From Actinomycetota bacterium (GTDB lineage Bacteria; Actinomycetota; CADDZG01; WHSQ01): DNA of 48,019 nucleotides. Of this stretch, positions 28,021 to 36,038 are shown in pieces. The notes below the pieces were generated by a model that saw only the letters and a program-made list of their open reading frames with translations, was not told the DNA's origin and did not search any database. Every line of letters begins with the position of its first letter. Position 1 is the stretch's first letter. A program made the translations under genes and the position numbers. The stretch is from NCBI GenBank assembly GCA_013695835.1, contig JACCZU010000186.1:1-48019 (forward strand). The letters are read 5' to 3'.

Positions 28021-28076
28021 GGCGCCGTCGGTCGTGCCTCCAGGCCACGGCCGGAAAAAGAGAGCAGAGGGTGAAG

Positions 28077-28562
28077 ATGGACGAGAGCGGCTATCGAGGT
28101 CCTCAGACCTGCAAGATCGTGGGTATCACCTACCGCCAGCTCGACTACTGGACGCGCACCGGCCTCGTCGTGCCGACGGTTCAGGCGGCCAAAGGGTCGG
28201 GAACTCAGCGAATGTACGCGTTCAACGACCTCCTGCAGCTCAAGGTCATCAAGAGTCTGACCGATGCTGGGGCGAGCCTGCAGAAGGTCCGCCAGGCGCT
28301 CGACTACGTACGCGACGAGCTGAAGGGGGATTGGACGAAGTTGACGATCGTCACCGACGGTGCAGGCGTGTACGCATGCACTTCCGACGCCGAGGTCATC
28401 GATCTGCTGCGCTCGGGCCAGGGCGTGCTCGGGGCGGTCGTGGCCGTCGATAAGGTTCGCGATCAGCTCAGGGGAACTCTGGGGCAGCTTCGCTCGGCGG
28501 CAAGAAACGGTGGTCACGAGGTCGTCGGGGCTGTGCCCGTAGTCAGTGCAAAGGAGAGCTAG
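28077..28562 (+). CDS. MerR-family transcriptional regulator (Rv1830-like position)
   Basis: CKIVGITYRQLDYWTRTGLVVP...GSGTQRMYAFNDLLQLKVIKSL is a MerR HTH. ATG 28077 (or GTG 28071) lies within ORF 28011..28562. Confidence 0.85.
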   Translation: MDESGYRGPQTCKIVGITYRQLDYWTRTGLVVPTVQAAKGSGTQRMYAFNDLLQLKVIKSLTDAGASLQKVRQALDYVRDELKGDWTKLTIVTDGAGVYACTSDAEVIDLLRSGQGVLGAVVAVDKVRDQLRGTLGQLRSAARNGGHEVVGAVPVVSAKES

Positions 28563-28603
28563 TCATCGGAGACGTCCTCGGTCCAACCTGTCACACCGGG
28601 CTC

Positions 28604-29005
28604 TTGCCTCACGAAAGCGTAGCCTTCGCCCACAACAGCGAGCGCCAGTTCGCGAGGCTCCTCGATTTCTACGTGATTGATTGGGAATATGAGCCGACGA
28701 CGTTCGAGATTGCGTGGGACGGCGGCGGGGCGGCGACGCAAAGGTTCTCTCCAGACTTCTACCTTCCCGCCTTCGACATCTACATCGAAATCACGACGCT
28801 CAATCAAAAGCTCGTAACGAAGAAGAACCGGAAGGCCAGGAGGCTGATGGACCTCTACCCCGACGTCAGGTGCAAGATCCTCTACCAGCGCGACTATCTT
28901 CACCTCTTGATCAAATACGGGCTGGAAGAGCCCTCTCAGGGGCCCCTGCTCCCGGCGGCCTCCGAGGACCGTCGGCCCAACTACGCCTCCTTTCTTGCGG
29001 GCTAA
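28604..29005 (+). CDS. hypothetical protein, possible restriction-endonuclease-like (PD-(D/E)xK) fold
   Basis: ORF with a TTG start and no clear Shine-Dalgarno sequence. FSPDFYLPAFDIYIEITTLNQKLVTKKNRKARRL suggests a D...E nuclease-type core. Codon GC3 is visibly lower than in neighbouring genes. Confidence 0.5.
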   Translation: MPHESVAFAHNSERQFARLLDFYVIDWEYEPTTFEIAWDGGGAATQRFSPDFYLPAFDIYIEITTLNQKLVTKKNRKARRLMDLYPDVRCKILYQRDYLHLLIKYGLEEPSQGPLLPAASEDRRPNYASFLAG

Positions 29006-29050
29006 GCATTCAAGCACCGGCGGGGCGAGGTTGGCTCGCATAATGGGTGG

Positions 29051-30139
29051 ATGACCGGTCATGAACGCGGCACACCACTGCTGGCAAAGCACAAGGAGCT
29101 GGGGGCCAGGCTCACCGAGTTCGGCGGCTGGGACATGCCGCTCCACTACAGCGGCGTCATAGCCGAGCACAACGCGGTCAGAACGTCTACGGGGATCTTC
29201 GATGTCTCGCACCTGGGTAAGCTGCGCCTCGTCGGCGACGGCGCCGGCCCTGCCCTGCAGCGTGCGCTCACCCTCGACGCCACCGCCCTCGAGCCCGGGC
29301 GGGCCAAGTACGCACTCGTCCTCGCCGAGGACGGGGGCTGCATCGACGACGTCTTTTGCTATCGGATCTCGGACGAAGAATGGCTGGTCGTGCCGAACGC
29401 CGCCAACAATGCCGCGGTCACGGACGCGATCGAGGTTGCGGGCGGCAGCCCGCTCGACGAATGGGACAAATGGGCGATTCTCGCAGTGCAGGGCCCGACC
29501 TCCTTCGAAATCTACAAGAGGGTCTTCCCCTCCAGCGGGGCATTCGATCTGACGCTTCACGGTTGGTGTGCTCAGGATGTTGGGGGCCAGGAGGGCATGG
29601 TGGCGCGCACCGGGTACACGGGGGAGAAAGGCTTCGAGCTCTACGCCCCCGCAGCAACGGCGACCTGGGCCTTCGAAGCGCTGGTCGAGGCCGGCGCGGT
29701 GCCGGTCGGGCTCGGCGCGCGCGACACCCTGCGTCTGGAGATGGGGTATGCGCTCTATGGTCACGAGCTCGATCGCGCTACCAACCCGCTCGAGGCGGGG
29801 CTCGGTTGGGCACTAGCGTGGGACACGCCCTTTTGCGGGCGCGAGGCACTCGAGGCGATCAGGGCACGGGGCCCGGCCAGAAAGCTTTTCGGCATCGTGG
29901 GAACGGGCCGCGGCGTCCCCCGGCAAGGGTACGAGGTTCGACGCTCCGGTGCTTCGGGGGAGGCTACCGGCGTCGTCGTCAGCGGGAACTTCTCACCCAC
30001 CCTCGGCACGGGCATAGCGCTGGCCTTTGGTGCATCGGAGGACGTGCCCGGCGTCGGCGAGGCCGTGGAGGTGGCCGCGCGCTCGCGCACCATCGAGGGT
30101 ACGGTCGCGAAGCCCCCCTTCATAGGCAAGAGCCGCTAG
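29051..30139 (+). CDS. gcvT: glycine cleavage system aminomethyltransferase
   Basis: TPLLAKHKELGARLTEFGGWDMPLHYSG...GIFDVSHLGKLRL...ARTGYTGEKGFEL are canonical GcvT motifs. Confidence 0.95.
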   Translation: MTGHERGTPLLAKHKELGARLTEFGGWDMPLHYSGVIAEHNAVRTSTGIFDVSHLGKLRLVGDGAGPALQRALTLDATALEPGRAKYALVLAEDGGCIDDVFCYRISDEEWLVVPNAANNAAVTDAIEVAGGSPLDEWDKWAILAVQGPTSFEIYKRVFPSSGAFDLTLHGWCAQDVGGQEGMVARTGYTGEKGFELYAPAATATWAFEALVEAGAVPVGLGARDTLRLEMGYALYGHELDRATNPLEAGLGWALAWDTPFCGREALEAIRARGPARKLFGIVGTGRGVPRQGYEVRRSGASGEATGVVVSGNFSPTLGTGIALAFGASEDVPGVGEAVEVAARSRTIEGTVAKPPFIGKSR

Positions 30140-30188
30140 GGGAGACTCATGCATTTGTCGTCAACGACACAGAAAGACAAGTAGATAT

Positions 30189-31535
30189 ATGGACTTTTCA
30201 CCCCATACGCCGGAAGACATCGCCGGCATGCTCGAGGTGATCGGGCTCGGCAACCTCGAGGATCTCTTCGAGTCGATTCCCGAGGGGGTGCGACTCGATC
30301 GAGAGCTCGACGTGCCGGGAGCGTTGTCGGAGCCGGAGCTCGTTGACCACCTCTCGGGGCTTGCGGCACGCTCCAGGGGCGCCGGCGAGCTGGTCTGCTT
30401 CGCGGGAGGCGGCGTCTACGACCACCACATTCCCTCAGCAGTCAAGGCGCTTGCCTCCCGGGCCGAGTTCGCGACCTCCTACACCCCCTATCAGGCGGAG
30501 CTGTCCCAGGGGATTCTCCAGTCTCTATATGAGTTTCAGTCGCTCGTGTGCAGCCTCTACGGCATGGAGGTCGCCAACGCCTCGCTCTACGACGGCGCGA
30601 ACGCAGTCGTAGAAGCAGTGAACCTCAGCGTGAGGTTTACGCAAAGGGAACGGGTCGTGATCGGGGCAACCGTGCACCCGCATTATCGAGACGTGCTAAA
30701 AACCTATACGGCAGGTTTAGGCTTAGACATCATCACCGCCCCGTTTGATCCGGCGGCCGGTATCGTCGACTGGGACGAGGTCGATGTCGAGGGTTGTGCA
30801 GCGCTGGTCCTCGCTTATCCCAACGTCTTCGGCGGCCTCGAGGACGTGCGGGGGGCCGCCGAGAAGGCCCACGGCGCTGGCGCTGTGGCGATTGTTGCTG
30901 CCGACCCGACTGCGATGGGCGTCCTCGAGGCGCCCGGCGTGATGGGCGCTGATGTCGCCGTGGGGGAGGGGGGAGCGCTCGCGACCTCGCCGGCCTACGG
31001 CGGTCCCTACGTCGGATTGTTCGCTACGAAGTCACCCTTCGTGCGCCAGGTCCCGGGGCGCATCTCGGGCGAGACCGCCGACGCCGACGGCCGGCGGGCC
31101 TTCGTCCTCACCCTTCAGGCGCGTGAGCAGCACATCAGGAGGGCCAAGGCGACGTCCAACGTGTGCACGAATCAGACGCTGCTCGCCGTCGCCACCGCCG
31201 TCCACCTTGCGTGGCTCGGCCCCCACGGCCTGCGGAGGCTCGGAGAGGTCTGCGCGCGCCGGACCGCCTTTGCCGCGCTTCGCCTTGGCGAGATACCGGG
31301 ATGCGCGCTCCGGTTCGAGGGCCCGCGCTTCAAGGAGCTCGTGCTCGAGACGCCGGTGGACGGGGGTGAGCTCGCGACAAGGTTGGCCGGCCGGGGTTTC
31401 CTTGCGGGGCCCGGCCTCGGCAGGTGGTGGCCCGAGCTTGCCAACTGCCTCCTCGTCGCCGTGACCGAGCGCAGGACCGAGGATCACATCCTCGCCTTTG
31501 CAGAAGCCATCGAGAAGGAGCTTGCCGAGCTGTGA
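30189..31535 (+). CDS. gcvPA: glycine dehydrogenase (decarboxylating) subunit 1
   Basis: MDFSPHTPEDIAGMLEVIGL...SYTPYQAELSQGILQSLYEFQS. Length is 448 aa, and gcvPB follows. Confidence 0.95.
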   Translation: MDFSPHTPEDIAGMLEVIGLGNLEDLFESIPEGVRLDRELDVPGALSEPELVDHLSGLAARSRGAGELVCFAGGGVYDHHIPSAVKALASRAEFATSYTPYQAELSQGILQSLYEFQSLVCSLYGMEVANASLYDGANAVVEAVNLSVRFTQRERVVIGATVHPHYRDVLKTYTAGLGLDIITAPFDPAAGIVDWDEVDVEGCAALVLAYPNVFGGLEDVRGAAEKAHGAGAVAIVAADPTAMGVLEAPGVMGADVAVGEGGALATSPAYGGPYVGLFATKSPFVRQVPGRISGETADADGRRAFVLTLQAREQHIRRAKATSNVCTNQTLLAVATAVHLAWLGPHGLRRLGEVCARRTAFAALRLGEIPGCALRFEGPRFKELVLETPVDGGELATRLAGRGFLAGPGLGRWWPELANCLLVAVTERRTEDHILAFAEAIEKELAEL

Positions 31536-31537
31536 CC

Positions 31538-33049
31538 ATGCACGCCACGGCCGGGGCGCGTGCCGGCGACGGTCCTTCGCCCGGGGGGCCCACGATCTTC
31601 GAGCGCTCGCGGCCCGGACGGAGGGCGTGGTCGCTTCCCGACGCCGGGTTGGCCGCGCCGGGGATCGAGGAGCTAATCCCTGCGGAGCACCGCAGAGCTG
31701 AGCCCCCCGCACTTCCCGAGGTCAGCGAGCTCGAACTCGTCAGGCACTACACGCGGCTGTCTCAAGAGAACTGGGCGATCGACGTAGGTGCCTACCCGCT
31801 CGGCTCATGCTCCATGAAATACAACCCGAAGGTCGCTGAGGATGTGGCCGCGCTGCCCGGTTTCGCCGGGCTGCACCCTCTCGCTGACGACGATCTCGTG
31901 CAGGGGGCGCTTGAGGTGCTCGGCGTCCTCGGCGAGGCCCTGTGCGAGCTCACGGGAATGGCTCGCCTGACCTTCCAGCCGGCGGCGGGAGCCCAGGGCG
32001 AGCTCACCGGCCTCCTCATCATGCGGGCTTACCACCTCGCTCGGGGGGACGTCAGGAAGCGGGTCATCGTGCCCGATTCCGCCCACGGCACTAACCCCGC
32101 AAGCGTGACCCTCGCAGGGTGGAAGGCGCAAGAAGTTCCGTCAGACACAAGGGGACTTGTCGACTTGTCGGCACTCGAGGAACTTCTCGACGACGACGTC
32201 GCCGGGCTGATGCTCACCAACCCCAACACACTCGGGCTTTTCGAACGCGACATCAAGCGCATCGCCGCAGCCGTGCACGAGGCCGGGGGACTCCTCTACT
32301 ACGACGGCGCCAATTTCAACTCGATCGTTGGCAAAGTGCGGCCCGGCGACATGGGCTTCGACGTCGTGCACATGAATCTTCACAAGACCTTCGCCACGCC
32401 TCACGGCGGCGGGGGCCCGGGCTCGGGGCCGCTCGCCGTGACCGAGGAGCTCGAGCGCTATCTCCCGGCGCCGGTGCTCGCCTGGTCCGAGCCGGCGGGC
32501 AGATGGCGCTGGGACAACGATCGACCTCACTCGATCGGCCGCATCCACTCCTGGCACGGCAACTTCGGCATCGACGTGCGCGCCTACGTCTACCTGCGCT
32601 CGCTTGGCCCCGAGGGTCTCAAGCGCGTTGCCGAGCGCGCCGTCCTGAACGCCAACTACCTCAAGACGCTGATCGAGGGCGCCTTTCCCACCGCCTATCC
32701 GGGGACCTGCATGCATGAGTTCGTGTCGACCGCAAAAGGCCTGAAGCCGCACGGTGTGCGCGCAATGGACGTCGCCAAACGCCTAATAGACCATGGCTTT
32801 CACCCACCCACCGTTTATTTTCCGCTCGTGGTGGAGGAGGCCCTCATGGTCGAGCCGACGGAGACCGAGTCCAGGGAGACGCTCGACGAGCTTGCTGCGG
32901 CCTTCAATGCCGTGGCCGCCGAGGCGGCAACCGACCCCGCCGCGCTCCACCGTGCGCCGACCTCGACCCCCGTGCGCCGCCCCGACGAGGCAAAGGCCGC
33001 TCGCCACCTCAAGCTACGCTGGACCCCCGATGACTCATCCAACACATGA
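31538..33049 (+). CDS. gcvPB: glycine dehydrogenase (decarboxylating) subunit 2
   Basis: ATG 31538 (or GTG 31532) lies within ORF 31424..33049. The PLP site is HMNLHKTFATPHGGGGPG. Confidence 0.95.
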   Translation: MHATAGARAGDGPSPGGPTIFERSRPGRRAWSLPDAGLAAPGIEELIPAEHRRAEPPALPEVSELELVRHYTRLSQENWAIDVGAYPLGSCSMKYNPKVAEDVAALPGFAGLHPLADDDLVQGALEVLGVLGEALCELTGMARLTFQPAAGAQGELTGLLIMRAYHLARGDVRKRVIVPDSAHGTNPASVTLAGWKAQEVPSDTRGLVDLSALEELLDDDVAGLMLTNPNTLGLFERDIKRIAAAVHEAGGLLYYDGANFNSIVGKVRPGDMGFDVVHMNLHKTFATPHGGGGPGSGPLAVTEELERYLPAPVLAWSEPAGRWRWDNDRPHSIGRIHSWHGNFGIDVRAYVYLRSLGPEGLKRVAERAVLNANYLKTLIEGAFPTAYPGTCMHEFVSTAKGLKPHGVRAMDVAKRLIDHGFHPPTVYFPLVVEEALMVEPTETESRETLDELAAAFNAVAAEAATDPAALHRAPTSTPVRRPDEAKAARHLKLRWTPDDSSNT

Positions 33050-33086
33050 GGGTTACTGCCAGACCCCCACAGCGCCACCTACATCA

Positions 33087-33107
33087 ACCTAAAGCAGGAC
33101 TTTAGGT
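33087..33107. terminator. hairpin ACCTAAAG-caggа-CTTTAGGT between convergent genes (weak terminator candidate)
   Basis: An 8-bp perfect stem (33087-33094 with 33100-33107) and a 5-nt loop lie 38 nt after the gcvPB stop. There is no clear U-tract, so this is a tentative call. Confidence 0.3.
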
Positions 33108-33157
33108 CTGCAGAGGATGAGGGCTCCGCGCTTCGGCCGGGGGCCCAAAAGACCGAT

Positions 33158-33367
33158 TTAGGCGCGCAGGCGGCGCCGGACATCGCGCAGGGGCGGGCGC
33201 TCCGGCAGGTCGACCAGGGTCGCGTTCCTGTCTATGAGAAAGGCGCGTCTCGTGATCGCCCTCATCTGGGGGATATCGAGAACGGTGTTGACGAGACGGT
33301 CCATCATCGGGCCCAAGACGATGACGGGCAGGAGGAATATCGCGACGGCAAGGATTGCGGCGAGCAC
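33158..33367 (-). CDS. small membrane protein (hypothetical)
   Basis: GTG start preceded by AGGAGGGAG. The N-terminal TM helix is LAAILAVAIFLLPVIVLG. GC3 is high. I recognise no family. Confidence 0.45.
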   Translation of the reverse strand: MLAAILAVAIFLLPVIVLGPMMDRLVNTVLDIPQMRAITRRAFLIDRNATLVDLPERPPLRDVRRRLRA

Positions 33368-33485
33368 CTCTTTCTCCCTCCTGTGCCTGCGGTTGCCATC
33401 ATCCTATCGGGACCGACGATGAACTTGACGCCGTTTGGGGCCTCAGGGGGCTCAAGGCCATCGGCCCTGTGTCGACAACCGAGGT

Positions 33486-34367
33486 GTGTCGACAACAACG
33501 CGGTCCCGTGCTCGAGATCCAAGGCTCGCTTGCCTGTTGTTGGTCCTCCCACTGACGGCCGCCGGGTGTGTGCCCGATTCCTCTGCCTCCGGCGAGGGGG
33601 GCGGGGCCGAGGTGGCTGCGCAGCCAGACCCCGATCGTTCGGTCCCCGTGCGAAGAACCGCTCTCGGCGGGTCCGCTCGCACCAAACGCCAAGCCGCCGG
33701 CAACACGCTGAGAGACGAGAACAAGGACGAACGAGAGTCCCGCCGTAGTCAAGAGCTCGCAGGGGAGCGCCTTCTTCGCCCCGGCCACAAGGGAGCGTCG
33801 GTTCGGAGCCTGCAACAGCGGCTCGAGGAGCTCGGCTACTGGCTCGGTCGCAGCGACGGCGTCTACAGCACCCTCACCGAGCAGGCCGTGGTCGCCTTTC
33901 AGGGAGCAGAGGGGCTGGTGCGCGACGGCGTGGCCGGGCCCAAGACGTTCGCGAAGCTGTCGAATGCAGGGCCGCCAAGGGCGCGCAGCACCAAGGGCGA
34001 CGTCATCGAGATCGACAAGAGCCGCGGGCTGATCCTCATCGCAGAGGACGGGAAGGTGAGGTGGGCCTACCACACCTCGACGGGCACCAATGAGCCGTAC
34101 CAGCATCCCAACGGTCAGACCTACGACGCCGATACCCCGAGCGGGAAATGGAAGATCTACCGCCAGATCGACGGCTGGACGACGGCGCCTCTCGGACGGC
34201 TGTGGCGACCGAAATACTTCCACACCGACGGCATCGCCCTCCACGGATTCTCTTCTGTGCCTCCGTATCCCGCATCGCACGGCTGTGCACGCCTCAGCAT
34301 GCAGGCGATCAACTTCATCTGGAGCCATGACCTTGCGCCCAAGGGAAGGTCGGTCTGGGTTTACTGA
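33486..34367 (+). CDS. L,D-transpeptidase (YkuD) with a PG_binding_1 domain, probable lipoprotein
   Basis: Lipobox LPLTAAGC. The PG-binding repeat is GHKGASVRSLQQRLEELGY...VRDGVAGPKT. The catalytic site is HGFSSVPPYPASHGCARL. The start is uncertain (GTG 33486 or TTG 33435). Confidence 0.85.
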   Translation: MSTTTRSRARDPRLACLLLVLPLTAAGCVPDSSASGEGGGAEVAAQPDPDRSVPVRRTALGGSARTKRQAAGNTLRDENKDERESRRSQELAGERLLRPGHKGASVRSLQQRLEELGYWLGRSDGVYSTLTEQAVVAFQGAEGLVRDGVAGPKTFAKLSNAGPPRARSTKGDVIEIDKSRGLILIAEDGKVRWAYHTSTGTNEPYQHPNGQTYDADTPSGKWKIYRQIDGWTTAPLGRLWRPKYFHTDGIALHGFSSVPPYPASHGCARLSMQAINFIWSHDLAPKGRSVWVY

Positions 34368-34400
34368 CCGGCGCCTTCCAGCGGCACTCCGGTTCGCTCT

Positions 34401-34417
34401 CCGCCGCTTCGACTAAC
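34401..34417 (+). repeat. direct repeat copy 1 (CCGCCGCTTCGACTAAC)
   Basis: 16 of 17 nt match 34983-34999. Weaker similarity continues for about 13 more nt. Confidence 0.6.
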
Positions 34418-34484
34418 AGCCTCCCAGGGGGGCAGCCGGATATCTCAGATTGCCGTCCCGCCCCCCAGCGTGCATTCTTTGATC

Positions 34485-34949
34485 ATGATCACGTGGGGCG
34501 AGTTCACGAAGGCCGAGCCCGAGCTTGCGGCCTTTGGTGCGGGCCGCCTCGGACTACTACCGTCGTACTTGGCGACCGTCCGCAAGAGCGGGGCACCGCG
34601 CGTTCACCCTGTGACGCCGATCGTCACGGGCGATGGACTGTTCCTGTTCATGGAGCCGACTTCGCCCAAGGGAAGGGATCTGCGGGAGCGCGGCTGGTAC
34701 GCCCTCCACAACGGGGTCCCGGACACAAGTGGCTCGGGCGGCGAGTTCTTCGTCGGCGGGAGGGGGTTCGCCGTTGAGGATGCTGCGAGTTGGGCGATGG
34801 CCGCTGAGGCGGCAAGCTACGAGCCCGCCGAAAGCTACGTCCTGTTCGAGCTAAAGCTCGGTGAGGCGCGCTGCAACGGCTACGGCGATGTGCCCCTACC
34901 CGCCCGCCGCCGTTGGCCGGCCCCCCCGAGCCCGCCCCCCGCGTCCTAA
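34485..34949 (+). CDS. pyridoxamine 5'-phosphate oxidase family (FMN-binding split-barrel) protein
   Basis: MITWGEFTKAEPELAAFG...ATVRKSGAPRVHPVTP...LFLFMEPTSPKGRDL fits the PPOX-like pattern. ATG 34485 lies within ORF 34470..34949. Confidence 0.75.
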   Translation: MITWGEFTKAEPELAAFGAGRLGLLPSYLATVRKSGAPRVHPVTPIVTGDGLFLFMEPTSPKGRDLRERGWYALHNGVPDTSGSGGEFFVGGRGFAVEDAASWAMAAEAASYEPAESYVLFELKLGEARCNGYGDVPLPARRRWPAPPSPPPAS

Positions 34950-34982
34950 GGGGGTCGCGGGACCAACCACCCGGGATCCTCG

Positions 34983-34999
34983 CCGCCGCTCCGACTAAC
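34983..34999 (+). repeat. direct repeat copy 2 (CCGCCGCTCCGACTAAC)
   Basis: Partner of 34401-34417. The two copies bracket the PPOX-family gene. Confidence 0.6.
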
Positions 35000-35063
35000 C
35001 CTTCTGGTGGGATCGGGCGGGCTGTTGCGTGCGGGTGCAACCTGCTCCGATTGCGGTGGAAGA

Positions 35064-35081
35064 TGTGGTCACTGTGGTCAC
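35064..35081 (+). promoter_or_regulatory. tandem 9-bp repeat TGTGGTCAC x2, candidate antitoxin operator
   Basis: Perfect adjacent copies at 35064-35072 and 35073-35081 end 5 nt before the antitoxin ATG 35086. Confidence 0.3.
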
Positions 35082-35085
35082 ACGC

Positions 35086-35340
35086 ATGGGTATTCGACAG
35101 CTTCGCGACACTCTCACTTCGACGATCCGAAGGGTTCAGGGAGGCGAGACCATCGAGGTCACGCACCGCGGCGCCCCCGTTGCCGTGCTCACCCCGGTTC
35201 CGAGCGACCGTTTCGACCGTCTCGTCGCAGGGGGCGACGTGACGCGGGGCAAGCCCCTGGGGCAAGCGCCAAAGCGGTGGCCCACTACGGGTGAGTTGAC
35301 GGCGAGCCAGGCGATCGAGGACGACCGCGCTGAGCGCTGA
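35086..35340 (+). CDS. type II antitoxin, Phd/YefM family
   Basis: MGIRQLRDTLTSTIRRVQGGETIEVTHRGAPVAVLTPV is a typical Phd/YefM N-terminal domain. In-frame GTGs at 35065 and 35074 are alternative starts. Confidence 0.8.
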   Translation: MGIRQLRDTLTSTIRRVQGGETIEVTHRGAPVAVLTPVPSDRFDRLVAGGDVTRGKPLGQAPKRWPTTGELTASQAIEDDRAER

Positions 35341-35544
35341 GCGTCCGCTCCTCTACGCCGATTCCTCGGCCCTCGTCAAGCTCGTCATCGAGGAGCCCGA
35401 GAGCGCCGTGCTCGAGCGTCACCTCACGGGTGCTGTGCTCGCAACAAGTCGCATTGCGCTCATCGAGGTGCCGCGTGCGACCGGCGCCTCCTCGAAGCGG
35501 CGGCCGCACATGGGCTCAGCGTCTCGAGCCCAGGCGGCCACTAG
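35330..35544 (+). pseudogene. PIN-domain (VapC-type) toxin remnant with an internal deletion, a frameshift and no canonical start
   Basis: One frame reads LLYADSSALVKLVIEEPESAVLERHLTGAVLATSRIALIEVPRA (PIN N-terminus with the first catalytic Asp). From about 35476 a different frame reads CDRRLLEAAAAHGLSVSSPGGH-stop (typical PIN C-terminus). About 60 central residues are missing. There is no in-frame ATG, GTG or TTG between 35300 and 35408. Confidence 0.55.
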
Positions 35545-35597
35545 TCACAGGGCCGTCACCTTGCCACCTTGCCAAGGTGTGGCAGGATCCGCATCTA

Positions 35598-35858
35598 ATG
35601 GCACACCACCAGGTCGAGGTTCAAATTGGGCCCCAGGGACGTATCGTCATTCCCGCTGAGCTTCGCCGCGTCCTCAATCTGCAGCCGGGGGAGGTAGTAC
35701 TTGCTCGGGTCGAGGGAGACCGCCTCGTTCTCGAGCGGCGCCAAGAAGTACTCAGGAGGCTGAAGTCCAGGTTCGACGAGGTGTCCGGCGACATCAGCCT
35801 GGCTCAAGAGTTGATAGCCGACAGAAGGGTGGAGGCGCGTCGCGACGGGCACTCGTAG
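35598..35858 (+). CDS. type II antitoxin, AbrB/MazE/SpoVT (VapB-type) family
   Basis: VQIGPQGRIVIPAELRRVLNLQPGEVVLARVEGDRLVLE is a swapped-hairpin AbrB-like domain. ATG 35598 lies within ORF 35430..35858. Confidence 0.8.
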   Translation: MAHHQVEVQIGPQGRIVIPAELRRVLNLQPGEVVLARVEGDRLVLERRQEVLRRLKSRFDEVSGDISLAQELIADRRVEARRDGHS

Positions 35859-35879
35859 GTCGAGGCGCCAAAGGAGGCC

Positions 35880-36038
35880 GTGTTGGATGCCTCGGCCCTT
35901 CTCGCCATGCTCCACACCGCGCCCGGGGGAGGGGGTCGAACTCTGATCGCCGGCGGCCTCATGTCCTCGGTCAAGTGGTCGGAGGTCGTTGAGAAAGCGG
36001 TCGCCGGGGTGAGCCAAGCGTCCTTGGTGGGTGAGTAG
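35880..36038 (+). pseudogene. 3'-truncated PIN-domain toxin (52 codons only)
   Basis: GTG 35880 follows AAGGAGG. VLDASALLAMLHTAPGGGGRTLIAGGLMSSVKWSEVVEKAV is a PIN N-terminus. The reading frame stops at 36036-36038, 3 nt before the epimerase start. It is too short for the ORF track. Confidence 0.55.

Noticed and set aside
28921-29050. Possible glycine riboswitch before gcvT. The strings CTGGAAGAG, CTCTCAGG, GAGGACCG and CACCGGCGGGGCGA loosely resemble GGAGAG, CUCAGG..GGAC and CACCGAAGGGGCAA.
   Set aside because: The elements are in the wrong order for the aptamer and mostly lie inside ORF 28604..29005. The true spacer is only 45 nt. A covariance-model scan (Rfam RF00504) would settle the question.
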